From positions 30,070,001 through 30,134,000 of the forward strand of contig OZ024755.1 of NCBI GenBank assembly GCA_964016885.1: a stretch of 64,000 nucleotides of DNA, read 5' to 3'. Within the stretch, counting starts at the first letter, position 1. Each line of letters opens with the position of its first letter. The stretch comes from Eledone cirrhosa (taxonomy: Eukaryota). The position numbers and the translations under genes are program-made. A model generated the notes under the pieces. That model did no database searches and was not told the origin of the DNA. It worked only from the letters and a program-made list of their open reading frames with translations. Below are positions 1 through 11,090 of the stretch, piece after piece.

Positions 1-149
1 TGTGTAATGACGGTGACCATGGTGATAATTCTACCAAGGAGGCAAAGTTGAGCCCGCCGGGATTTGAACTCAGGATGCAGAGGCATTTAATCATCCAACG
101 CGATAAAGTATCTACTATTTCACACCCTTTAGTGGTAAGGGTAACACCC

Positions 150-430
150 TTACCATTAAAGGGTGTTACCCTTACCATTAATCATAATTTCGTGTTCGAC
201 TCCCGGGCTGGATTGCGTGTTGTGTTTTTGAGCAAAACGATTCATTTCACGTTCCTCCAGTATACTCAGCTGAAAATGAGTACCAGCAATAGCTGGGGGT
301 TTAACCCTGCGATGGACTGGCGTCCTGGCTATAGGCGTGCCTTGTATTCTCAGTCGCTTCACGCCGTGAAACCGGGAAAAGTACCGGCCTAACGAGACTT
401 CTATCTTAAGACAGACTTTATACGGCAACA
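150..430 (+). mobile_element. CORE-like tRNA-derived SINE (family 2), degenerate
   Basis: B-box-like GTTCGACTCC, then TTGAGCAAAACGATTCATTTCACGTTCCTCCAGTATACTCAGCTG (CORE-like); same body at 20860-21060 and 21960-22230. Confidence 0.7.
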
Positions 431-759
431 GAACACATTTATATCTGCTCCATCACATGGTATCATGATGTAACACTAGAACTCTAACTGGAACACTTAA
501 CCCATTAGCATTTAAACCGGCAATATCCGGCCAGAATTACCTCACAGAGAAAGCAACATGAATGGACCCTGACCCTCCCTTTCTAATTTCTCATTCTTTC
601 TTCTGGTGAAGGACTAGCGCCCGAAACGAAAATACCCTTTTCCTGCCATTTCAAGCGTTAAAGTAATATATTCCTTCCATATACTGTACCGTTTTTGTTG
701 TTATTTCTGTTTACCTTTTACACACACACACACACACATATGTATATATAAGCAGAAGG

Positions 760-1106
760 GATATTCAATTTGTTGGTAATTCAACCAATATAAATGTTTA
801 TAACTGATTCAGAGCACTCTACATTTTTCTGGAGTATAATATACAATGATATTAAATAAATGGAAACTATATTTATAAAACCATATTTATTCTATAATTA
901 TATATATTTCAAGGGTACCAACATTTTGGTACGCTTTCACCAGATAAAATACGAAGTGTGTTTTATAAATTTTGATATAACCAAGGATAACTTGAACCGT
1001 TAAGGTATATTCTCCTTGGTTATGTCACAATTTATAAAACACACTTCGTATTTTATCTGATGATAACGTACCAACATTTTGTTACCCTTGAAATATATAT
1101 AATTGT
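760..1106. mobile_element. Fold-back Penelope pLTR-like element (family A) with hammerhead-like cores
   Basis: ~90-bp inverted arms 896-987 / 1015-1105; CTGATGA...GAAA in the right arm; homologous to 7505-7960, 16395-16820, 35150-35250 and 43375-43560. Confidence 0.6.
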
Positions 1107-1281
1107 TTCTACATTTGGCACAAGGCCAGAAATTATCCCAGTGTATTACTGGTACTTTATTTTATCGACCCCGTAAGGATGAAAGGCAAAGTTAACCTCG
1201 GCGGGATTTGAACTCAGATCATAAAAGGACGTAACTCTATGCTTCAAATCATGGTCCCAACTCTCTACCGATTCTGCCAAT
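1102..1281 (-). mobile_element. tRNA-derived SINE (family 1)
   Basis: A-box-like TGGCAGAATCGGTAGAG and B-box GAGTTCAAATCCC on the minus strand; shared GCCTTTCATCCTTACGGGGTCGATAAAAT core; ~30 copies in window. Confidence 0.85.
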
Positions 1282-1360
1282 GTACGTATATATATATTGT
1301 CACGTCACTAGTGCCAAGCTGAATCAGCCATTGCCTTTACCTTGAACAACATCATATATA

Positions 1361-1407
1361 GTGTATATATATAATATATATAATGTATATATATGTATAT
1401 ATATATG

Positions 1408-1499
<92 letters not shown>

Positions 1500-1510
1500 T
1501 ATATACATAC

Positions 1511-1542
<32 letters not shown>

Positions 1543-1544
1543 GT

Positions 1545-1602
<58 letters not shown>
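1361..1602. repeat. (TA)n microsatellite, left flank of the 468-bp array
   Basis: direct reading. Confidence 0.95.
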
Positions 1603-1603
<1 letters not shown>

Positions 1604-2925
1604 AACAATTAAGTTAAAGATGTACATCCATATATGTATACTGAAATACTAGTATGTATATGAATACACACACGTATACATATGTAGATGTACCAAGTTT
1701 TTTTCACTGGTCACTTTACTGTGAGTGGCCAGCTATTCCGTATGTAAACACACAGACAAACCGGTTTTTAGAGTCATACTGGTTTTTGAGGAAACACCTT
1801 TCCTCTATTCTCCAGAAAGCCAGACAAGGAATATTGAACTAGTTTCGTTGTTGTTACAACTCATCAGCAATATTTACCTATCTTCCGGCCTCTCTAGAGA
1901 ATCGTAAAAGCACATAGCGCTATATGCTTTTTCTATGAAAATTAGTAGTGGGCAGACTAATTTGCATAGAGTGTGAGTAAGTACCGGTTCAACGGAGACG
2001 ATAAAAACAAATAACGAAACGAAATTAAATTTCGTTTCGTTTGTAACTCACTTTTGTATGACTGACGCTTAAACAATTAAGTTAAAGATGTACATCCATA
2101 TATGTATACTGAAATACTAGTATGTATATGAATACACACACGTATACATATGTAGATGTACCAAGTTTTTTTCACTGGTCACTTTACTGTGAGTGGCCAG
2201 CTATTCCGTATGTAAACACACAGACAAACCGGTTTTTAGAGTCATACTGGTTTTTGAGGAAACACCTTTCCTCTATTCTCCAGAAAGCCAGACAAGGAAT
2301 ATTGAACTAGTTTCGTTGTTGTTACAACTCATCAGCAATATTTACCTATCTTCCGGCCTCTCTAGAGAATCGTAAAAGCACATAGCGCTATATGCTTTTT
2401 CTATGAAAATTAGTAGTGGGCAGACTAATTTGCATAGAGTGTGAGTAAGTACCGGTTCAACGGAGACGATAAAAACAAATAACGAAACGAAATTAAATTT
2501 CGTTTCGTTTGTAACTCACTTTTGTATGACTGACGCTTAAACAATTAAGTTAAAGATGTACATCCATATATGTATACTGAAATACTAGTATGTATATGAA
2601 TACACACACGTATACATATGTAGATGTACCAAGTTTTTTTCACTGGTCACTTTACTGTGAGTGGCCAGCTATTCCATATGTAAACACACAGACAAACCGG
2701 TTTTTAGAGTCATACTGGTTTTTGAGGAAACACCTTTCCTCTATTCTCCAGAAAGCCAGACAAGGAATATTGAACTAGTTTCGTTGTTGTTACAACTCAT
2801 CAGCAATATTTACCTATCTTCCGGCCTCTCTAGAGAATCGTAAAAGCACATAGCGCTATATGCTTTTTCTATGAAAATTAGTAGTGGGCAGACTAATTTG
2901 CATAGAGTGTGAGTAAGTACCGGTT
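1602..2925 (-). repeat. Left arm of the 468-bp tandem array (~2.8 units; hammerhead sense on minus strand)
   Basis: identical motifs recur every 468 bp (e.g. ORF starts 1654/2122/2590); hammerhead motifs on minus at 1830-1874, 2298-2342 and 2766-2810. Confidence 0.95.
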
Positions 2926-5900
2926 CAATATTCCTTGTCTGGCTTTCTGGAGAATAGAGGAAAGGTGTTTCCTCAAAAACCAGTATGACTCTAAAAACCG
3001 GTTTGTCTGTGTGTTTACATACGGAATAGCTGGCCACTCACAGTAAAGTGACCAGTGAAAAAAAACTTGGTACATCTACATATGTATACGTGTGTGTATT
3101 CATATACATACTAGTATTTCAGTATACATATATGGATGTACATCTTTAACTTAATTGTTTAAGCGTCAGTCATACAAAAGTGAGTTACAAACGAAACGAA
3201 ATTTAATTTCGTTTCGTTATTTGTTTTTATCGTCTCCGTTGAACCGGTACTTACTCACACTCTATGCAAATTAGTCTGCCCACTACTAATTTTCATAGAA
3301 AAAGCATATAGCGCTATGTGCTTTTACGATTCTCTAGAGAGGCCGGAAGATAGGTAAATATTGCTGATGAGTTGTAACAACAACGAAACTAGTTCAATAT
3401 TCCTTGTCTGGCTTTCTGGAGAATAGAGGAAAGGTGTTTCCTCAAAAACCAGTATGACTCTAAAAACCGGTTTGTCTGTGTGTTTACATATGGAATAGCT
3501 GGCCACTCACAGTAAAGTGACCAGTGAAAAAAACTTGGTACATCTACATATGTATACGTGTGTGTATTCATATACATACTAGTATTTCAGTATACATATA
3601 TGGATGTACATCTTTAACTTAATTGTTTAAGCGTCAGTCATACAAAAGTGAGTTACAAACGAAACGAAATTTAATTTCGTTTCGTTATTTGTTTTTATCG
3701 TCTCCGTTGAACCGGTACTTACTCACACTCTATGCAAATTAGTCTGCCCACTACTAATTTTCATAGAAAAAGCATATAGCGCTATGTGCTTTTACGATTC
3801 TCTAGAGAGGCCGGAAGATAGGTAAATATTGCTGATGAGTTGTAACAACAACGAAACTAGTTCAATATTCCTTGTCTGGCTTTCTGGAGAATAGAGGAAA
3901 GGTGTTTCCTCAAAAACCAGTATGACTCTAAAAACCGGTTTGTCTGTGTGTTTACATACGGAATAGCTGGCCACTCACAGTAAAGTGACCAGTGAAAAAA
4001 ACTTGGTACATCTACATATGTATACGTGTGTGTATTCATATACATACTAGTATTTCAGTATACATATATGGATGTACATCTTTAACTTAATTGTTTAAGC
4101 GTCAGTCATACAAAAGTGAGTTACAAACGAAACGAAATTTAATTTCGTTTCGTTATTTGTTTTTATCGTCTCCGTTGAACCGGTACTTACTCACACTCTA
4201 TGCAAATTAGTCTGCCCACTACTAATTTTCATAGAAAAAGCATATAGCGCTATGTGCTTTTACGATTCTCTAGAGAGGCCGGAAGATAGGTAAATATTGC
4301 TGATGAGTTGTAACAACAACGAAACTAGTTCAATATTCCTTGTCTGGCTTTCTGGAGAATAGAGGAAAGGTGTTTCCTCAAAAACCAGTATGACTCTAAA
4401 AACCGGTTTGTCTGTGTGTTTACATACGGAATAGCTGGCCACTCACAGTAAAGTGACCAGTGAAAAAAAACTTGGTACATCTACATATGTATACGTGTGT
4501 GTATTCATATACATACTAGTATTTCAGTATACATATATGGATGTACATCTTTAACTTAATTGTTTAAGCGTCAGTCATACAAAAGTGAGTTACAAACGAA
4601 ACGAAATTTAATTTCGTTTCGTTATTTGTTTTTATCGTCTCCGTTGAACCGGTACTTACTCACACTCTATGCAAATTAGTCTGCCCACTACTAATTTTCA
4701 TAGAAAAAGCATATAGCGCTATGTGCTTTTACGATTCTCTAGAGAGGCCGGAAGATAGGTAAATATTGCTGATGAGTTGTAACAACAACGAAACTAGTTC
4801 AATATTCCTTGTCTGGCTTTCTGGAGAATAGAGGAAAGGTGTTTCCTCAAAAACCAGTATGACTCTAAAAACCGGTTTGTCTGTGTGTTTACATATGGAA
4901 TAGCTGGCCACTCACAGTAAAGTGACCAGTGAAAAAAACTTGGTACATCTACATATGTATACGTGTGTGTATTCATATACATACTAGTATTTCAGTATAC
5001 ATATATGGATGTACATCTTTAACTTAATTGTTTAAGCGTCAGTCATACAAAAGTGAGTTACAAACGAAACGAAATTTAATTTCGTTTCGTTATTTGTTTT
5101 TATCGTCTCCGTTGAACCGGTACTTACTCACACTCTATGCAAATTAGTCTGCCCACTACTAATTTTCATAGAAAAAGCATATAGCGCTATGTGCTTTTAC
5201 GATTCTCTAGAGAGGCCGGAAGATAGGTAAATATTGCTGATGAGTTGTAACAACAACGAAACTAGTTCAATATTCCTTGTCTGGCTTTCTGGAGAATAGA
5301 GGAAAGGTGTTTCCTCAAAAACCAGTATGACTCTAAAAACCGGTTTGTCTGTGTGTTTACATACGGAATAGCTGGCCACTCACAGTAAAGTGACCAGTGA
5401 AAAAAACTTGGTACATCTACATATGTATACGTGTGTGTATTCATATACATACTAGTATTTCAGTATACATATATGGATGTACATCTTTAACTTAATTGTT
5501 TAAGCGTCAGTCATACAAAAGTGAGTTACAAACGAAACGAAATTTAATTTCGTTTCGTTATTTGTTTTTATCGTCTCCGTTGAACCGGTACTTACTCACA
5601 CTCTATGCAAATTAGTCTGCCCACTACTAATTTTCATAGAAAAAGCATATAGCGCTATGTGCTTTTACGATTCTCTAGAGAGGCCGGAAGATAGGTAAAT
5701 ATTGCTGATGAGTTGTAACAACAACGAAACTAGTTCAATATTCCTTGTCTGGCTTTCTGGAGAATAGAGGAAAGGTGTTTCCTCAAAAACCAGTATGACT
5801 CTAAAAACCGGTTTGTCTGTGTGTTTACATACGGAATAGCTGGCCACTCACAGTAAAGTGACCAGTGAAAAAAACTTGGTACATCTACATATGTATACGT

Positions 5901-6500
5901 GTGTGTATTCATATACATACTAGTATTTCAGTATACATATATGGATGTACATCTTTAACTTAATTGTTTAAGCGTCAGTCATACAAAAGTGAGTTACAAA
6001 CGAAACGAAATTTAATTTCGTTTCGTTATTTGTTTTTATCGTCTCCGTTGAACCGGTACTTACTCACACTCTATGCAAATTAGTCTGCCCACTACTAATT
6101 TTCATAGAAAAAGCATATAGCGCTATGTGCTTTTACGATTCTCTAGAGAGGCCGGAAGATAGGTAAATATTGCTGATGAGTTGTAACAACAACGAAACTA
6201 GTTCAATATTCCTTGTCTGGCTTTCTGGAGAATAGAGGAAAGGTGTTTCCTCAAAAACCAGTATGACTCTAAAAACCGGTTTGTCTGTGTGTTTACATAC
6301 GGAATAGCTGGCCACTCACAGTAAAGTGACCAGTGAAAAAAACTTGGTACATCTACATATGTATACGTGTGTGTATTCATATACATACTAGTATTTCAGT
6401 ATACATATATGGATGTACATCTTTAACTTAATTGTTTAAGCGTCAGTCATACAAAAGTGAGTTACAAACGAAACGAAATTTAATTTCGTTTCGTTATTTG

Positions 6501-6507
<7 letters not shown>
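2926..6507 (+). repeat. Right arm of the 468-bp tandem array (~7.65 units, inverted relative to left arm; hammerhead sense on plus strand); retrozyme-like
   Basis: CTGATGA cores start at 3364, 3832, 4300, 4769, 5237, 5705 and 6173 (468/469-bp spacing); ends in (TA)n at ~6507. Confidence 0.95.
3357..3401 (+). ncRNA. Type I hammerhead ribozyme (representative of 10 complete copies in the array)
   Basis: AATATTG-CTGATGA-GTTGT(AACA)ACAAC-GAAA-CTAG-TT-CAATATT: 7-bp stem I, 5-bp stem II, palindromic minimal stem III (ACTAGT), GUU cleavage triplet (cut 3394/3395). Confidence 0.85.
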
Positions 6508-6557
<50 letters not shown>

Positions 6558-6570
6558 GTATATATATATG

Positions 6571-6650
<80 letters not shown>
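6507..6650. repeat. (TA)n microsatellite, right flank of the array
   Basis: direct reading. Confidence 0.95.
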
Positions 6651-6656
<6 letters not shown>

Positions 6657-7144
6657 GCTTGAGATTGGTGTGGAAGTCGGACCTTCGTAGAGACCTGAAA
6701 ATCCGCCTCTTCATTGCTGTAGTGGAATTTGTGCTGCTGTACTGGTCTGAGACTTGGACACTGACCAAGAAACTCACTCAGATGGTGGATGGGTGCTACA
6801 CGAGAATGCTGAGGATGGCTCTGAACATTAATCAGTATACACTGAGGATGAAAAACTCAGAGCTGTATGGGAGCATCCCAAAAGTTAACTCAAAAGTGAC
6901 ACAGAGGAGACTGAGGTTGGCTGGACATGCTCACCGACATCCAGAGATGACATTGCACTCAGTGCTCCTTTGGGAGCCCCTACATGGACACACTAGAAGA
7001 GGAAGACCAAGGTTAACATATGTTGATGCCCTAAGGACAGACACTGGTCTGTTGGAGATGCAGGATATGGCAGCGATAATGAGGGACAGAGACCGCTGGA
7101 GAGAACTCGTCCATGGATCTCGGGAATTTTACCCGCCTTAGAGG
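6657..7144 (+). mobile_element. 5'-truncated RTE-clade LINE (C-terminal ORF fragment)
   Basis: KIRLF..VV..VLLY.SETWTL...RMLR...[17 protein letters not shown] is typical of the RTE C-terminus; probable TSD TATATACACACA (6645-6656 / 7145-7156). Confidence 0.85.
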
Positions 7145-7352
7145 TATATACACACATACATTATATATACAATATATATACACTATATATGATGTTGTCC
7201 AAGGTATTTTTATTATATGTAGACTTCCCCCTTTGTATTGTCCCCTTCTTTTGTGCCCCTGTGGCTAATAAAGAAACATGTATATATATATATATATACA
7301 TGTTTCTTTATTAGCCACAATGGCTGATTCGGCTTGGCACCAGTGACGTGAC

Positions 7353-7424
<72 letters not shown>

Positions 7425-7504
7425 GTCACGTCACTGGTGCCAAGCCGAATCAGCCATTGCCTTTCCCTTGGACAACATCATATATAGTGTATATATATAT
7501 ATTT

Positions 7505-7960
7505 ATATATATATATATACAATATATTAACAAATGGAAACTATATTAATAAAACCATATTTATTTCATTATACATATTTCCAGGACACAAAAGCAAATT
7601 ACGGTGCGCTTTCATCAGATAAAATATAATATAGATCAGTTTTATAAACAAATATTGACATACCCTTAAAGAATGCAACCATGTCGGTTGGAAGCTATCC
7701 GGGAGCTTCCAATTATGGTGTGCTTTCATCAGATAAAATATAATATAATATAGATCAGTATTATATTATATTTTATCTGATGAAAGCACACCATAATTTA
7801 ACTTGGTGTCCTTGAAATATGTATAATGAAATAAATATGGTTTTATAAATATAGTTTCCATTTGTTAATATATCGTATTTTTACTCCAATAATTTGTTGA
7901 GTGCTTTATATCAGTTATAAAAATATTTGCTTGTTGTATCCCAACAATTTAAATAGAACT
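7505..7960. mobile_element. Family A pLTR-like element in inverted and partially tandem arrangement
   Basis: minus copies 7505-7760, plus copy 7760-7960 with TTTATCTGATGAAAGCACACC...GGTGTCCTTGAAATATGTA. Confidence 0.6.
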
Positions 7961-7963
7961 TCT

Positions 7964-8026
<63 letters not shown>

Positions 8027-8094
8027 TGACGAAGGACTATTTTTTTATCATATGTAACCCGTGTGCAACCACGCAGTATTCTTCTTTCTTCTCA

Positions 8095-8127
<33 letters not shown>

Positions 8128-8766
8128 GATAGATAGATATTTCTTTTTATTGTCGGGTAATATTTATATTATTTTCTCTTTTGTTGTCTACCTTTGACTC
8201 ACCCCCACCCACCAGTTATGAATGGTACATAAAAGTTATTTCTGATTTTAGTGTTATAACTTAACGACCACCTCCAGTTAATAAACTCGCCCACAATGAG
8301 AATGCTTAAGCTCCCACGTCGATAAGTCTATGTTACTGTTTCAATTTGATGTTCTTTCGAAGCGATTAGGTGGGGAGGCCATCAATATGATTACTTAACC
8401 CTTTATGTACCTTATTATACTAACTCCTTACTTTCACTCGCTTATTTCATCACATTCAGAAATGTGATTGTATATGATTGCGTGTATGTGGATGTGTTGC
8501 CGTTTTGAATTCCTTTCTGCGATTGAACTTAAATTGATCCCTGGCGATTAAAGGCCCAACCACACACGCGCACGCTTGCACGCACGCACGTCACGCACGC
8601 ACGCACGCACACGCACGCACACACACACATTTTTAAAGATTTTGTACCCATTTGATGTAAGATGAATTCAGTATCTTATACGAAATTTAATTTGACAGGG
8701 GGGCGTTGAAAAAAAGTTTGCGCCCAAAGAGGGTGCTGGCGGAAAAAAGGTTGGGAAACCCGCCTT

Positions 8767-8992
8767 AAACGATGATTTCTACTATAGGCAGAAGGTCAAT
8801 AATTAGGGGAGAGGGGAAAAGTCAATTAAAATCGACCCCAGTGCATTACTGGTGCTTTATCTTATCGATCCCTTAAGGATGAAAGGCAAAGTTCACTTCG
8901 GCGGGATTTGAACTCAGATCATAAAGGGAAGAAACTCTATGCTGCAAAGCATGGCGTCCGACCCTCTACCGATTCTGCCAATCCACCGCCCT
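8767..8992 (-). mobile_element. SINE family 1
   Basis: homology to the other copies. Confidence 0.8.
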
Positions 8993-9244
8993 TCGATGGT
9001 TTAAATCACAGGTTTAAAACCCATTTAAGCCAAACGCCCCCTTTTGTCCCTCAAAATCACGAAACGCCCCCTACCCTATTTTTCCATTTTTCAATATACT
9101 ACTGATTTTGATATCAGTCGATTACTAAAAAATTGATTAACAATATTCCAAAGATACCATTGCAGGCAGCTGAGAGTATAAATACATTCCTTGAAAGGAA
9201 ATATATAAATTTCAAAAAAAGGGACATAAATGTTCTTTTTTATG

Positions 9245-9660
9245 AATAAGTGGTTAAAGTATTGGGCTTGCAATCGAAAGGTTGTGAGTTCAATTCTCGG
9301 ACCGGGTGATGTGTTGTTTCACTTTATTTCACATTGCTCCAGTTTACTCAGCTGTAGAAATGAGATGATAGGACTGGGGTCCCTATCATTCCACTGCAAA
9401 GTGGTCGTGGAGGTGCTACGGCAAAAAAAAGGACCCAGCCCACACTGTAAAAGTGGACGTGTAGGCGCCACGGAAAAAAGCACCCAGCAGTCACTGTAAA
9501 TGAGGTTGGTGTTAGGAAGGGCATCCAGCTGTAGAAATAATTTCCAGAATCAGTTCCCGTATGAGCAAGACAAGGTCAGCCGACCGGACACTGCCCACAA
9601 CAGGACAACCCATCTAACCCATGCTAGCATGGAAGAACGGATGTAAAACGGTGCTGCTGA
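9245..9660 (+). mobile_element. CORE-like SINE nested in the hAT element
   Basis: tRNA-like head AGTGGTTAAAG...GAGTTCAATTC and CORE-like TTTCACATTGCTCCAGTTTACTCAGCTGTAGAAATGAG. Confidence 0.7.
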
Positions 9661-10099
9661 AGGACCAGTTGAATTTGTTATATTCTCACCAGGCGATACC
9701 AGCTATTTTCAACATTTATACAAGAGCAACTCTGTCTATCCAAAGAGTGGTCTTATCTGCAAGAAAGTGGCAATTATATCATTTCAAAGCTTTCCAATTT
9801 TCCTTTTATTGAAACAGACAGAATAAATGTTGATATCTAACTTGATGTCCCCTCCTCTTTGTGAGCTTAAAGACCGTGGAAGGGGGTTTTCATGACTATA
9901 TAAGAGGGTATATTTATTAGTAAATGGTAAAATATATACAACAAATGAGTAAGTGAATTGCAGTCAGACTGCAACTACAAATAAAAAAATTGTTAGTTTG
10001 CTTTGTAACAATAGCATAACCAAGTTTTCGGATAAATCAACTTACTTTAACTTTGACCTCATTTCAATGGAATCCTTGAGCTTCATGGAGTCTAGCTAA

Positions 10100-11090
10100 C
10101 TCTTTGACATGAGGCTGACTTTTCGTAAGATGTAGCCAGCGATCTCCACGTGTAATTACATTGTAGCGGTTGCACCAAACCTCCTCTCGACTAAGTATGA
10201 GCTTGGAAAAGGCAGAGCAAATCTCTTAGCCTCTGCATGTAGGTGTGGAAATCGACGCTGAATTTCCTCTTGCATCCAAAAAAGAGGTTCACCTATTTTG
10301 GGAAATCTAATTTTGATCATGTTATCTGCTTGAAAGTCAATGAATTCTTCCTTAAATTTAACGTCCAACTCGTCGACGGTAGCTATGAAGGGATCTGCTA
10401 TCCACATTGGAATATCCATCGGCAAAAGGTCAACAAACTGTTCCCTCATGTCTTGTATGCACGGAAGTGAGCGGTATAAATTTGGAGTTGGTCATCGCTT
10501 ACAATGTTTTGAACATTGGCGACACTAGGAAAATTATAGAATTCCCGTCAACAAAGATTCCTTTCGATAACATTCAATTTGGCCAGGAATGTTTTCACAG
10601 CATTCCTTGCATTAAGCAAGGTGATCTTCTTCCCCTGCAAAGCCATAATGACGCTATTGAATTGTCAAAGATGTTAGCGAGGTAGGCGCAGTCTTGCCTC
10701 ATATCGAGGGTTTTCTTGTACAGTTCTGTATTGCGTCCTCGAAGAAATTCAATGATAGAGTCGAACAGTTCAAAGAAGTGAGTAAGGCACTTGCCCATGG
10801 AAAGCCACCTCACTTCAGTATGAAGGAGCAACTTGACGAATTCTTCGTCATTATCTTGGCACAGTTGCCGAACATTTTGTTCATTGAGGGAATGGTGTCT
10901 GATAAAACTGATGACATCAATGGCCACCTGCAAGGAGTTGCTCAGTGGCTCACTGAGTTTCTTCGCAGCCAAGTGTTGTTGATGAATGACACAATGAACA
11001 GAAAATACAGATAGATTTTCTCTCTTCAGAAGAGTGAAGAAACCCTTATGTTGGCCGACCATTGCTCTTGCGTCATCCGTAGCACAATGT
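10100..11090 (-). pseudogene. hAT (Buster; ZBED5/SCAND3-like) transposase pseudogene
   Basis: TDDARAMVG (TDGA-like), HCVIHQQHLAAK, LLLHTEVRWLS.GK.L, FPSSYLVER.F motifs; frameshifted. Confidence 0.9.

Noticed and set aside
598-632. Hammerhead-like CTGGTGAAGG…CCGAAACG (similar partial motifs at ~25383-25465 and ~15290-15350)
   Set aside because: Core is mutated or stems I/III do not pair; at most degenerate remnants
1764-1798. GTTTTTAGAGTCATACTGGTTTTTGAG, which resembles a type II-A CRISPR repeat and recurs periodically
   Set aside because: The intervening sequences are identical 468-bp units rather than unique spacers, there are no cas genes, and the context is eukaryotic; chance similarity
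1602-4095. Simple single-strand fold-back or PacBio palindrome artefact as the explanation of the inversion
   Set aside because: Variant patterns are not mirror-symmetric and the right arm extends ~2.4 kb beyond the left; an artefact still needs read-level exclusion
1654-6386. Recurrent 60- and 62-aa ORFs in the array
   Set aside because: Short, antisense to the ribozyme, no recognisable domain, and broken by the A8 variant; they recur only because the DNA repeats
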